This document shows positions 25,551-39,375 of a DNA stretch of 64,000 bases, in pieces; the stretch's first letter is position 1, and every line of letters starts with the position of its first letter. Origin of the DNA: Harriotta raleighana (taxonomy: Eukaryota); the NCBI GenBank assembly GCA_050575255.1, contig JBNZDD010013718.1:2163670-2227669 (forward strand), read 5' to 3'. The notes beneath the pieces were generated by a model, which searched no databases, was not told the DNA's origin, and was given only the letters and a program-made list of their open reading frames with translations. Position numbers and translations under genes: made by a program.

Positions 25551-28500
25551 AGCAACCAGCTGCTTCTGCACCAAAGGCAGTGCTTGACAGCCCTCCCTCC
25601 CCCCCACCTCATATATATTCTCCCAAGATACTTGTGGCCGGTACAACTTGTAGAGAATTTAAGCACCTTCCAAAGTGCAGCAGAGCTTTCTGAGGCTGCC
25701 CTGTGCAGCCAATACCAGGCTGTTGCCTTATTGCCGTCCTTTAACCAATTGAGTGGTTGTAAGTTTTTGTTCTGTTGCAAGGTCACAATGGTAGTTAACC
25801 CATGAAAAACCCAATAGATCCATGTTGATTCTAGAAGAAAATGTATTTCTTCGCCTAAGGGGACAGTTAGGCCCAAGTCGATGTCTTCCTTTTTTTGGTT
25901 AATATTTGATACTGCTTCGCGCTGTGCACTGATGCGAAGCTTGGACTTTTAACTGGTGCTGGCTGAGGCATTTGAAAGCCTTTGAATAATTCTGTCGCTT
26001 CCACGCCAAGCTTAACACCTGAAATTCCACCTGGACTTGTTTTTTTAAAAAAAACTTTTTGTGTGTGTCTTTTTTCTAAAAAAAACTCATGAGATTATGC
26101 GGAATTGAGGATTGTTGTCCATCTTGATTAAACATTCTCACCTCTGTCCCGTGCAAAAAAAGACCATTTGTTTTGGAAGGTGAGCCAGGGTTCGGTGGGT
26201 GGGTGGGGGGGGGCATGGGGTGGGGAGACGAGAGAGGGGGAGGAGGAGGAGAAGAGGCTATGTTTGACCTGAGGGCCTTCAAAGGAGGAAACAGAACAAA
26301 GACTCCCAGATAGGCAGCATTAGGCAAATAAATCATAAACATCAGGTGACCATGAAGATGTGGAAGGATTTACAATGGGTTAGCGCAGCAATTAAATCCT
26401 TTAAAACCTTGGTTTACACTACATTTGCAAATTCGACGATTGTTGATGCACACTAAATAGACAAGACGGAGCAGGGCGCTGGAGAAGTTTATTTCACTCT
26501 GGTCTTGGCCTCGGAGGTCACGTTGGGCACTGAAGTGCATCTTCCCTTTTCTTTTCGAACCGAAAGTAAATTGTCAGATCGACGACTTAATAATGAAGGA
26601 TGGCTGGCCGTCTGCAGAAATGGTCCAAGATTTGCAGCGAGTTGAATATAAATTGCTCCTGAATTATTAAGCGGCTACAGTGTGAATTCATCCAAGGGCA
26701 GGCACATGGCACGCAATGTTGTCTGTGCTGTGAAGTCGAGCAAATGTTTTCTTGGGATTCTTACTGGTTGGGTGGGGGGATGGGGGTTTGGGGAATTAGG
26801 GTACATGTCAGCACTGCCTTAGATGCCCTGGTTTCACAAATGAAACTGTAGTAACATTTTGTCTGGTCGTGTTGTCATGGGTAGAAAAAACAACACTTTT
26901 CGGAGGTTTCTGTAACATCATACAGCTTACTTTAGGCTTTGTTGTGTGAGTGCTTCCCTTACAGTCCCTCTCCCCTCTTCCCCTCCCCCACCTACCCCCC
27001 AGATCTCACAGTCTCTCAATTGCTTCAAAAGCAAGGCTTTAGTCAAGGCAGATTCTAAGCGTGTCAAAGGGCATGGCCCAGATGTCACACCATCTAACAT
27101 GGTTGGATTCTTTCCTGCATAATTGCTGCATCTTTATTGTATTCTGAGAATGGGCTTGGGGCAGTGAGCTCACCCCAGCAGGCTAGCCCTCTGGACTGCA
27201 GCAGGACAATGAGCAATGGGCTCACTGGAAACCAGCAGCAGCAGTAGAAGGCAATGACTTTTTTTTGTGTGCGTGTGTATGTTGGGGGGAGTGGGGGGGG
27301 GGGGTGGAAGAAGAGTTACAATCAATCTCCCTCCCAAATCAGAACTGAAAATTGTGCTTGTGCTTTTTTTTAATAAAAAAAACAAGATGGAACTCTATCT
27401 TGTGTTAAATACTCGGTGCAGCTGTAAATTTTTGGTGCAGGCACTGTTTTTGTCTTGTCTAGCCAGCCCTTATCTGTTGCTTGGTCCCAGAGGGAACCTT
27501 TTTTTTTAGAGCTAAAGGTCTGGTTTTTCAGGGGCTTTCGCCTCAGCCTTTATCACTAAATGAGGGTTAGTGTGGGTGGACTGACCCTTCAAAAAAAAAA
27601 CATTTCTCCATGGTTTTGACCCCAGATTCATCTTGCATTTCTTCTCTCCGCAGTGACCTGCGAGCCCTTGTTTTCTTCTTTTTGAAGGTCCTTTTTTTTG
27701 GGGGTGGGGGGAGGTTTTGCAAACATTTCCAGCAGAAAGGAGAAACCCACGATTTACAGCTTGTCATTGGGAATGAATGGTTAGCAAACATTTGCCGGGC
27801 AATGATGCATTTGGCAGATTGTTCAAAATGCTTTGCTGACATGTTGGTGCAACCCTTAAATGAACAATTCAGTTCAGTTAATTTAGGCCCCTGGACAACT
27901 GTGCTAAAGTGATTGCACGCAGTGCTTCAGTGAGGCCATAAACTCAAAACTGAGTATAACGTTGTACAACACAGTTTGCATTTTAGGCTGTTTACCTTTA
28001 ACCCGAAAACTCGGTCTCTCTTTTCGCAGTGTACTGGAGGCCAAAACATCCAGCCAGTCTTAAACTGTAGAAAGAAACATTTTGCCTTAAAATGTCAGTA
28101 AACAAATATGCTGTTCTGTTTTAATATGGTGAAAACAATTGACAACTGGAACTGCGGAAACCCGTTATCCAAATTAACACAAGGGTGGAAGAATTCTCTA
28201 GTTACTGCACCAGTTGAGGAAACTCGACATCCTTGTGAAAGTTGTGCTTTCTCTTTTCCAAATTTTTATGTTTATTTTGAGAGAAATTTTGTAAGTGAAA
28301 GTCCCACCCAGTTCAGTGCTTAACTATAACCACTGGACTATGCGGCGTGTTGCAGTCTGTAATACTCTTGTCTATAGGGAGCAGGCAAGATGGACTTTCT
28401 TGTCAGCATCTCTAGATGCTTCTAGTATTCGTCTGGGTCCCACTTCTAAAGCAATAGAAAGCTTCACACCTATATGCAAGCTTGTAAATATTTCATTCCG

Positions 28501-30031
28501 TTTTTAGACACGTGTTGGTAACTAACTGTACGTTTGTTTTGGATCGGAGAACCATAATGGACTGACTGGTTAATGATGATCCAGCAATGATCTTGTCGTG
28601 GCGAATCTGTCTAAGTTGTGTTGAAATGCTGGCAAGTCCTCAGGGTTTCTCTTGGAGAGTAGACAAGCAATTAAATATTACGTCTGTGGCTATGGTCATA
28701 GATTGTAGCTGAGTGACCCAATTCTTGCAGAGCATGGCATCTAATGAACCTTGACGTGCTTTCAAATATTAAAGACCTCCTTTTTAAAAAAAAATCCTAT
28801 GAGACAGCGTCTCGTTAGTTTGAGAGATTCAACGGAATCTGCTGAACTCTCAGAGGAGTGTGAAAGAAAGTGGCTTCATCCTTGTAATTGCAGAAGCACG
28901 AATCTCCCTTTAGCAGGTCACCTTGTCCAGGCTTGATGTTTGTTCTGGACATTTGACAGATCGATTGATTTTTAGTTCAGCGTTTATGTTTCCAAAACCA
29001 GCTGTCCATTAGGGAGTGCACAATTTTGTTGCATCACAAAATACACAAGTCAATTCACTTTACGGTGTATTCTGCAAAGCATTTGGGGGCATCGCAGCTC
29101 TGTGGTAATGCACTGTATCAAATACAAGGATTCTCATTATCCAAACTACTATGGAGCTCAGTAAATAGGGTTTTAAAATGGGTGGATCAAGGTGTAATAA
29201 ATCTTGTTTTTGTTTTCCTCCCAAAACTTCTCAAATGAATCCCTCCACCGTGTTCCCTCTTCATCTTTAAATCACACCTTTCCAATCGTGTCGCTGGTCA
29301 CTGCCCTCCTCTTCGTTGCTTGGCATCCAAACCCTGCCACTGTTTAATTCTCGGAGACACTATCATGCTGCATAAATGGAAGTTGTTAATGGCTGGAGCA
29401 GTTTTACAATTTATAGCCATTGGGAAGATCAATAGGATCTCCAGTGATGGCTTCATTGCTGGCTTGGATGCACTAACAGCAAGTTGCTGAGCAGCGAGTG
29501 CACAGAGATGCCACTCAACAGCAGTATGCCCTGTTCCATGGAGCTCCAGGTGGCAGCAGAATCCTTTTTTTAATCAATGATTTAGTTGGGAGACTGTGTA
29601 CGATCTTCCCTTTATTGCAGATAAGCACGACTTGCAGATCTTCCATCTCTCTTATCAGTCCCATTTACTCCTGTCTGTAGAGGCAATCTTTAATGACCCT
29701 GAAAACAGAATACATCACTCGCTGAAATTAGATGCAAGATGCCTTGCAGCGTTAGCTTAATGGCGACAAGATGAGTTACTTAATATTTTTTTTAAAACGT
29801 GCCATTTGCTGATACCATTTGTCTCTCACAAACATACATATGGATTCATATACACACATTCCTTGCACCCGTTATCGTGTGATAAAGTTTTTATAAAATG
29901 AAACTCTCTTTTTAACTCTCCCCATTGTATTATTAAGAAAAGCGTGGCTAATCTTTCGAAATCACATCCAGCGCTAAGAAAATGCCAATTCTTGCCAATG
30001 CGTTAATGGGGTCAATTATACCCTGTGTGTT

Positions 30032-30313
30032 CAGTAAAATCCTGTTTATCCAGCACCCTCGGTGGGGGGGGGATCGACTAATTGATTGTACCGGATAAAC
30101 GGGGGGCAGGTTGCCGAAAACCCAACATAAAAAATAAACTTATTTTAAAACAAAAAAGCATTTTTTGCCCATCAGTAGAAAAACCCAAGTTTGTGAGTTT
30201 GATAAGTGCGCATGCACACGCATTGCACGCATGTGCAAAGCGAGCAAACTCGCGATTGCTGGAATAGGGAATTGCCCCAGTTGATCGGGTCACGGATAAA
30301 CGAGGTTTTACTG
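30032..30313. mobile_element. Non-autonomous DNA transposon (MITE), Tc1/mariner-Tigger-like TIRs
   Basis: Left CAGTAAAATCCTGTTTATCC and right GGATAAACGAGGTTTTACTG are imperfect 20-bp terminal inverted repeats, with an internal CCGGATAAAC subterminal repeat. Confidence 0.75.
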
Positions 30314-30524
30314 AACTATGTGCTGTATTAAGTGAATAGAGAGGCTTAAAGGTGGCCTCAATTGTGTAATTAACCAGCCCTGAAAAATGATTTATTAATG
30401 ATATATTTAATAACCGAACCTTTATTCTTAATTAAAGGCAATTACAATTTCCTCTGTGCACATGCATTTACACATGGCTTACAATAGATCTCAGTCAGCA
30501 AATCCCATGTGTGTTGTTTTGAAA

Positions 30525-30785
30525 CGTACAGATCAGAAAGTTCTCGTGTTTAATCCCTGATTCATGTTGAATTAACCAATCTCCCCAATACCCTGTTGTG
30601 GGATGCTGAAGGGAAGGGTAGAGGAGGGAATGTTTAGCCTGGAGTTCCTTAAGATACCTCATCTAAGAGTATTTTTCACGAGGGTTTGGACTGTAAGTGT
30701 TGGGAGAGTTTATTTGACTATAGGGAATATCTCAACCAACCCCATCCTGTCACCATATGACATCCACTCACGCCAGCAGGGTTTA
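30525..30785 (+). mobile_element. Ancient LF-SINE-like tRNA SINE relic
   Basis: Degenerate head/body (GTTTAATCCCTGATTCATGTTGAATTAACCAATCTC...TTAGCCTGGAGTTCC); related antisense pieces at ~16430-16545, ~48420-48570 and ~54085-54170. Family assignment is from recall only. Confidence 0.4.
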
Positions 30786-33343
30786 CTGAATACAGATCTA
30801 GTAAAGGAACTCGTTGTTCTAGTAATTTATTTTTTGTGAAGAAACCGGCTGCACTCAAGAGCATTTGAAATGCTCATTGAGATGATTCAACTGAAAGTTA
30901 GTTTGATTATTTTGGGCTAATTTGTTTTTTTAATTTAAATGCTCCTTCAAACCTTAATTTTCTTATATGAAACAATATTTTTCTTTCTCTTTTTCTCTCT
31001 CTCACACACAATGTTTTACAGTTATATATATATATATATATACTGTTTATACATATATACACACACATAAACCAAGCCAATAAATATTCATAAAAATTTC
31101 AGATTCAATTATTTACTTGTATTCAAAGCATAGGCTGATTTCTACTGTATTCTGGCATTCGTAATAAGTTTTAGCTTTCTATTTAGTTTCAACTTCCAAT
31201 TGAAGGAATTCGTGAAATTGACAAAGAGGAATCTTTACAAAAAATTAACTTTATGGGAAACTTTGCACTGAAAACAAGTTGCTGTTGCTGGTATGGGTTT
31301 CAAGTTTTTACAAACTTTCCGGGAGCTTCTGTAGGTCATCAAAACGAAGTTGCTTTGAAATCTCGGAAGAGATGCTTTAAACATCTTCGTTTAATATCTT
31401 AATAGAGCTGCAGAGTGATGGATGGCTTGCATTTACAAAGAGAAAACAGCATGTGTTAAGGTGCATTGTACAGCCCATTGCTGTAAGCAGTCTCGCTCTC
31501 AGGAAGGGCAATTCTGTGTTGACATTAGACCTTCACTTGTCTCCATTTAATGGACAGTGACCGGTTCTGGGTGACCACTCACAAGGCCAGCAGGCATTTT
31601 TTAAGCCACCTGACAGTATGATGAATGGTCAGTGTTGCCAACCTCTTTGACATTCCCTTGCAGATTAAGTTGCTTTGTGGGAAGGGCAATTAGCCTGTCC
31701 TTTATTGTTTTCTGTGGGATAAGAATATTTTGGCATCTTGCTTTATTGCCACTAATTTTGATTGTGGAATTTGCGTGTGTGTTTTTTTTTAAAAAAAGAT
31801 TCTTTTTGAGAATCCAGTATCTGGAGTTAGGAGAAGGGAAGAAAAAGTTTTCTGGACAAATGTCTAGTGAGCTGTTTCGGGCAGGAAGGTAAATGTCTTC
31901 TCTCCGATCTAAAAGTAGCCAAACTCTGACCTCCCTTTGCCACGATAAATCCTCTTGAGCTTCACTGAGCAGAGAGAGAGAGGCGAGTAAGAGACACCCC
32001 AGGCAGTTGGACACTAAATAAGGTGGCTGTATATAGCTTGTGTAGAGAACACCCGTTTTCCCCTTTGCCGATGTGTATCTTATTTTGAAAAGGTGCCTGG
32101 ATGCAAACTTGACTATGCCTGTGGCGTGTTAATGCAGTGTGTGCAGATTTTCATGTAGGTTGCTGGGTGTTGAGAGGAACCGGTTGGTATAAGCGGAGCA
32201 GCTTTGCTAACGTGACATATATGAAGACAATTCAGTTGCTGACCTTTTCTCCCCCCTCCCCTCCCTACCCCCAGCCCATTGGCCTCAACACAAACTCACT
32301 TTGAAATATCCCTGGGGTGAGTGTTGGGTGGCCTGGATACCAGAGCAGGAATTTCCCAAGATGAAACCTTGCTTACTCTTAATACCTACTAGGTTAAGTT
32401 TGTTTTCCAGTGTTGCATTTTTTTTTTAAAACTCCCCAGTGATAGAGCAGGCAAACCACACTGGAGAGGGTCAGTGAGATCATGGTGGTGGGGGCGGGAG
32501 GGTAGAGGGATGGGGAAAAGACATGAGAGAGTACTGCACTGTACCGCAAAGCTAATTGTCATGTGGCCTAACTGAAACAGTCGAGAGAGGGAGAGATGGA
32601 GAGGCGAACTAAACAAACAAAAGTTGAGGGCAGGGAGGGTAAACTTCTCCTCTCCCAAGAGTGGGGGCGGGAGAGGGTTTAAACTCGTCAAAAAAATAAA
32701 TATTGCGGGGTGGGGGATGGTCGGGGGAACAGCAGGTAGCGTGCCAAATGTAGAAGGGTGTCATAAAACGTCATTGTCACTGTAGGGGATTGCTGTTGCT
32801 ATTGAATGCCAGTGTCACTGTACAATTGCAGAAGAGACAAGATGAGCTGCAAATGATTACAGAAAAGAGGAACGAAATCTCTGAATCAGTGGAGGATTTA
32901 TCCTCCACATTCTTGACATTAAATGATGGATAAATGATTGGATTTACTTCCCCACAGCCACAGCTTTGGTCATCTTTGTACTTTGCTGTGTTGCGTTTTC
33001 TTTTGACTACAATTCCATTTTTCAAACAATATAATTTTTTTGAACCCTGTAGAAATCCCCTTCAAAAATTGTGTAGCTTGATTTCCTCACTTTTGACTGG
33101 CATTTAGTTTAGCTGCTGCATAAAATATGTTCCTCGCCTGAACTGGTGGCAAACTTAATTCCTTCCAACCCACCTCACTTAACAACACTTTTGATCGCAG
33201 CAAATAAGGTGGGAATTACTGGGAATGAATAAAATTACATTTGTTTAGTGCCTTGGGAGGGAGGACTTCCTAAGTTTTCACACCATACACACAAGGCTTT
33301 TCGAGTCTTTTCTTCACAAACTCTTCTCCTTTGCTTCTTTCAG

Positions 33344-33439
33344 ATCCTCGACGGAAGTACCACATGAGGTTGCTGGCGTATAATTATATGGGTGAAGGGT
33401 ACCAGGCAGACCAGACTGTGAGCACTCCTGGATGTGTGT
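33344..33439 (+). CDS. PRTG: Protogenin exon 12 equivalent, FN3-3 C-part
   Basis: Long polypyrimidine tract + cAG, donor GTaagt; [32 protein letters not shown] (manual translation). Confidence 0.96.
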
Positions 33440-35262
33440 GTAAGTGCACCTTAAACATTCCTATGTAGGAACATGCCTCCAGTGGGTTAGTTCTGTTCTG
33501 AGTGAAACTGGAGTTGCGGTGAATTCGCTCTTGCAATTTATTTTAAAATGCACCCATCCAAAATGTTTTCCTTTCACTTCTTTCACTCTTCCTTCCTCCC
33601 CCATCCCCTCCCCCCACCCCCCTCCCCATCCGACCACCAAATTCTTAATCCAGATGACAAAATGCTGAATTCAAAAGTCAAGTCATTAAGAGGGTTGGTA
33701 AACAAAGGTTGTCTGTCAATCACAGCTAAAGCTGCTAGTTAGTTGTTTTAGAGTCACCCGCTCCCATTAATCACTGAGATTTCCAGGAAGTTTGAGTCTC
33801 CTCATGTTTGTTTTGTTTTATAAATTATTTTCGGCAGGCCTTTCTTTCTCTTTTTTAAAAAAAACACACCCACTTGAGGAACTCGCACACCAGCAGGTAA
33901 AATGGTTTGTGCTGGGTGAACAAAACAATCTCGGAAAATACAGTAGGTGGGAATTGTGTCCCACAAAAAAAGCTTAGCAAAAAAGCACAGCTTCCGACCA
34001 CAGAACAATAAATTCAAGCCCTTCACAGCGAGGGCTGTTGAAAAGCACAGAGCAATCTAGCAAATCAATACCTTGGGGGAATGTTTTTCGTTTTAACAAT
34101 TTAAAACCGTCTCTTGCCCTTTTGTGTGCATTTCCGTTCAATGCACATTTTTACCTTGCAATTTCTGTCAACCAATTTGGCTGCTTAAGTTTTCTTGAGC
34201 TTCCTTTCTTCCTTTTTTTAATCCCAACCCTCAAAAGCATCTTTACATGTACTGGTTCTACTTTTAGACATGCTTATTTGATCGCACGTTCGATCATCTT
34301 TCCTCTCCCCGGCCCCCTTTGGTTCCCACCTCCAGTTTAACAGCCCAGCTAGTGATTGGGACTTTGCAACATCCTCCCAAATTGAAAGATGCTGTAAAAA
34401 TGTTAACTGAACTGCATTTTGCTGGATAATACACCATTGCTACACTTTACATCGCTTTTTTTTTTGACAGCGTGTACTGCAGTGGATAAAGCAACTACAA
34501 AAAAAGTTTGCACTTTTTAATCTTCTAGCAGAAATGATTCACCTGATATGACTCATATCCACATAATCTTGTTTGCGTATTTGTAATCAAATCCACCTTG
34601 TAATTCTAGAGTTTGTGATCCCAGAGGTTCAAGACACCTTATCTCTCAATTGAGGGTTTTATGTGCAGCTGGTATTCCGTAGGAGCCACTTTACTTAAAT
34701 TAATGCTCCCGTAATAAGATTGTGATTTTAAGGAAAATGATTCCGGGTTTCATATTGCATGCCTCTCACCTGCAGCTTCCTCCCTCTCTACACCTTTGTC
34801 CCAACCCATCTCGTGTCTCCCAGAGGCCTGGCCAAGAATTCCCCCTGGCAAAATTGTGGTCACTCACTACATGGCTGTCTGTTGGACATTGCTCTGCATA
34901 GAGTGGCTGCCACCTATGCCCACAAAAGCACAGACAAGTCATACCAGCTTCCAGGATATCCTGTGAGATGCTTTTGAGATGTCTCGACGACATGATAAGC
35001 CACAATGTCAAAAACAAGGAATATGATTGTTATCTGTCTGAAGTCCCACCTTTAAAAACTACCTCTTTACCCGAGCCTACACTTCCCTCTCCTCTCCCTT
35101 GCTCAGCTGACTTCTGACCCTGTCTCTCTAAAGCGCTCTTGAGACATTATCCTACACACAGGGTGCTGTATGAAATGCAAGTTGTTGTTTAAATACATAC
35201 ATACATATATATATATTTTTGAAGCCTCAAATTATTACAATTCCATTTTTTTGGATTAACAG

Positions 35263-35449
35263 CTGTTCGAGATCGCATGGTTCCTCCCCCACCACCGCCT
35301 CACCACCTGTATGCAAAGACCAACAGTTCGTCTGCCATCTTCCTGCACTGGGGGAAGCCGGCCTTCACCGCTGCGCCAGTCATTAACTACACCGTCCGCT
35401 GCAACCCTGTGGGGCTGCAGAACGCCTCCCTCGTCATGTACCTGCAGAC
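35263..35449 (+). CDS. PRTG: Protogenin exon 13 equivalent, FN3-4 N-part
   Basis: aacAG/GTaagt; [63 protein letters not shown]. Confidence 0.97.
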
Positions 35450-35892
35450 GTAAGTTTGCAGATTCAGCTCTTGCTTGTGTCACCGAAGCCAACAACTGCT
35501 GTTATTGAGCGTGTGGTTGAAGTGACTCTTTACCTCCGCTCAACGGGCACTGACCTGCTCCATGCCCCCCGCCCACCCGCCCGGCCATCCCCACCCCATC
35601 CATCGGTGGTCGGGCCGTTAGCCTCTCTGCCCCCATCCTTCAGAACTCCATCCCACAATCCTTTGGCCTTGGTCCCTTGCCACCCTCAATGTCCGTCTAA
35701 AGACCCTTCTGTTTGGCCATGTCTTCGGTCACCCACCTATCCCCTCTCCTCCCTGCTGTCCACCGCTCCTGATACCAACCCCCAGCTCGGGTCAAAATCC
35801 AGTGTCTTGTTGTGGTGGTTGATGTTGTTGTGAAGTTCATCCTATTTACAGTATATTGTTCATTTTCTCCCCCCCCGCTCCGAATTAAATAG

Positions 35893-36020
35893 GGCTGAAA
35901 CTCACATGATTGTCCAGGGTCTGCAATCATTCACTAAGTATGAGTTTGCGGTGCGTCTCCACGCAGACCAGCTCTCCAGCCCCTGGAGTCCGGTGGTTTA
36001 TCAGACGACTCTGCCAGAAG
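35893..36020 (+). CDS. PRTG: Protogenin exon 14 equivalent, FN3-4 C-part
   Basis: aatAG/GTgagg; [42 protein letters not shown]. Confidence 0.96.
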
Positions 36021-36036
36021 GTGAGGCCAGCGTCAC

Positions 36037-36076
<40 letters not shown>

Positions 36077-36380
36077 CTGCATGAGGTGCTGGTCGTTAAA
36101 AGACTCGAGTACCTCCCAATTCTAATGAACCCTGAAAATGAGCGTTGTGAGATCGGAAAGACGCGCAGTCCGCTGGCGAATTAATATACAGCATCAAAGG
36201 CTTTCAACCCCCAAACGCAGTGAGATTCCTGATCTGTTTGTGGGTAATGAACAAACAGGGTCAGCTTCGGTGGGTGTGGGGGGGGCGGGGGGAATAGTCA
36301 AAGTCAGGCGCCCACCAGGAGTTTGCAGGCTATTATCTGGGCTGTCCGTACTGTCTCTCATTGATGGTTTTGTTCCGCAG

Positions 36381-36551
36381 CCCCGGTCAGCCCTCCGGCA
36401 AGTGTGAAGGTCACTCTGATAGAAGAGGAAACAGCCCTGGTTTCTTGGAAGCCTCCAGAGGACACCACCATAGCCATCACCCGCTACACCATCCTTTACG
36501 CTTCCAGAAAGGCCTGGATTGTGGGCGAATGGGAAGTGCTTCACAGGGAAG
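36381..36551 (+). CDS. PRTG: Protogenin exon 15 equivalent, FN3-5 N-part
   Basis: cgcAG/GTgagc; [57 protein letters not shown]. Confidence 0.97.
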
Positions 36552-37605
36552 GTGAGCAGGAAGGTCGCTCAATAGGCTTTTTGGGTGTTTATAAGCACGT
36601 GATTTTCTGGGACGTAATATTTGGCTAGTGGATGTCTTTGTCATTCCCATGCAGGCCAGACTCCCTTGTTCGCTTTCTCTCCGAGCGTATGAGTGTCTGG
36701 CCAGCTCCCAACCTACACTGCTCTCGGGGTCCAATGATTGTGGCAGTAACTTGGGAACTGTGCGATGTGGCTAATCGTCCCCTTGGCTCTCTCTCTCTCG
36801 CTGTGTTTACTTTGGATTTCTCTTGTCTTTTAAAAAATAAATAAAGTATAAGATTTACAGGCACATTTATTGTTTGAAAGCACCCAGGCTTCATCGACTG
36901 CTGCTCTTGACACAGCTGTTAGGAGAGTGTTTCCAGGAACTTCTATTGCCCGATACATAACTGTGTAACTTCCATATCTCAGTGTACTGTGCTTCTGCTC
37001 ACTGCAAATCATCCAGTGAGCAGTGACCGACCTGTATAAAGTTTGTACAGTGAGCAATCTGCATGAAGAGCTTGGGTTGGCACTTGGTGTGTAGAAATTA
37101 GTCATGTATTTGCCATGTCCTAGCAACAACATACGTCACAAAAAGAAGCAATCAAATTGGAACTTAACAACGGATCCTGGCATGAGTAGATATTTGATAA
37201 AACCTGAACGTTACTTTAAAGCTGTATTGAGAACCTGGGCGCTGATTTCCCTTCAATTTACAACCAGATAATTTTTACAACTTTTTATGGGACACTGCTG
37301 TGCCCAATTAATTGGCTGCCACGTTTCGCCCACAAATATATCATAGTCAATTCATTTTACAGTATGTTCTGTGAAGCGCTTTGAGGCGTCTAGAAGTTGT
37401 GAAAAGCGCAATATCAAATGCATGGATTATTTAAAAATAGTCTTGAGAAGCAATATTTTGGCCTGTCTTCGCCCTGTAAAATGTTCAAGTGAGTGAGGTT
37501 CAACTAAAATACCAGTTGTCATCATTTGCAGGTACAAGTTAAAGTTAGTGGTCATTGCAGGTTTTTTTAATGTATGGTGTGAATGTATCTTAGCACTGCA
37601 ATGTA

Positions 37606-37871
37606 CAGGTAGACCTCTCTCAACATTGCTTCGGTCAACCTTTTCTAGTTACTGTATTACAATGCTCACACATAGGGAAACATCTATTCATTTAACATTG
37701 CGACGTTCGCTATTACGTTGTTTGCGTGGATGGAAACAAACTACTATGGGTAGCGTAGGTGTACATAGACACTGAACATCCTGTGTTCTTGCGCGGGTTC
37801 GCTTAACAACGTTTCGCTTAAAGTCGCACATTTCGCAAATGCAACTGCGACGTTAAGCGAGGGCTAAAGTC
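37606..37871. mobile_element. Degenerate Tigger-like MITE
   Basis: TA-CAGGTAGACCTCTCTCAAC left end versus GACGTTAAGCGAGGG...TA right end; internal TTCGCTTAA repeats. Confidence 0.55.
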
Positions 37872-39183
37872 TATATTACATAAGGCGTTCTGAACTTCTA
37901 CACATGCTTATCGGAAGGAAATCCTAATTGATTACAGATAGCAGGGTAAGCAATGTGAAGCATCCTCACTTTGTTCTGCAGCACCACCTCTGAGAGGGTC
38001 AGAAGTTAGGAGAATTGTAACCCCAGTGTTCTTAGGTCCCCAGTAAATCATGCCCAGGACAGATCCTTTTAATGCTGCCAATCAGACGAAGGCTGTCTTG
38101 TCGATGTCTTGCTGTTGAAATTTGACCCCTTTCTTAAGGGACGGGGAATGCCGCCTCCACTTTGGTTCTACTTTGCGAACCCGACCCTGGTTGAAACCAG
38201 AAAAAAAATTTCCTTCTCTTTTTCTTCCCCATGTATACGTTACACTCAGCTGTCTGAAAGTGATGGATCATAACAAAGTCTAACAGAGACGGTGGCACGG
38301 TATAGAATTCCCCTTGTTGCTGTTTTATAATTAATAGATCTGAAAAAGATCAGACCCCAGTGTTTGTTCCATGATTGAAACACAATAGCGACAGCATCTT
38401 CATCCAACTCTCAAAATATAAATGCGTTCCCCCCCCCTCCCACCCTGCCCCCTGAAGGTTATCGAAACCTTGTGATTCTGTTTGAGAAGCTGACCGCATT
38501 CCTGCACGCTTGGATTTTCTAATATAAAAATCCCAGGTTTTTGGGGATGTTGGTTAAAGTAGGGATGTTTTGCTGTTCGTGTCTTCCGTCTCTGATTGAT
38601 GTTTTCGTGACCCGGTTTGTCAGTGGCCAGCGCATGGACACGCTCATTTTGTCTGTCTGTGCTGCCTGACTCTGTGGATGTGCTTCAATCAAGCAGAGGA
38701 AAGATTCCAGCAGTTATGACGGTGATTTGTCCAATAATCCTGTGAGATCAGAAAAGTTTTATTCGTGGTGCTGCTATCGGCTCTCCTCTTATTCCAATCT
38801 GAATCTGCTGAAATCTTTGTTATGGCCATTAATGGCTGTACAATGACCCAATTCCTGAGTTGCCATCAGTCTAGCTTGTTCTGGTACCCATGGGCCATTC
38901 TGGCCAATAATTTACTGCGATTGTTAGTGACTGTTTTTGCAGTCGGACACGGGACCCATTTTTGTGTGTGGCAATGCCCCACAAACAGCCATGAAGTGAG
39001 TGACCCATTTGGTTTTCAATCTGGAGGATTGTTAGCCAGGACACCAGGAGAAACTCCTTTCCCTTTTCGAATAGTGAACCATGGGATCTTTCCAACACCT
39101 AACTCGACATGCCCAGAGCTGGAGGGCTTCTGCCACCCTTCAGTAATGCACGATCCATTGATTCCATATTTTTTTCTCTGTAG

Positions 39184-39375
39184 GAACGATAACCATGGCT
39201 TTGCTGGAGAACCTTCTGCCCGGAAACATCTACCTCATTAAGATATCGGCAACCAACGAAGTAGGAGAAGGACCCTTTTCGAGCACTCTGGAACTGGCCA
39301 TTCCTCCAAAGGAAACTGTATACCTCAGCCAGGGACCTAAGTGGTCTGACTCTCACGGCAATGGAGATGCCAAAG
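39184..39375 (+). CDS. PRTG: Protogenin exon 16 equivalent, FN3-5 C-part and stalk
   Basis: ctgtAG/GTcagt; [64 protein letters not shown]. Confidence 0.95.

Noticed and set aside
28751-28936. ORF with EECERKWLHPCNCRST (RING-variant/PHD-like fragment)
   Set aside because: Short, without the full Cys/His pattern or convincing splice sites; probably chance.
39230-39327. let-7 seed matches inside PRTG exon 16
   Set aside because: Explained by Tyr-Leu codons (IYLI, VYLS) deep in the CDS; no independent support.
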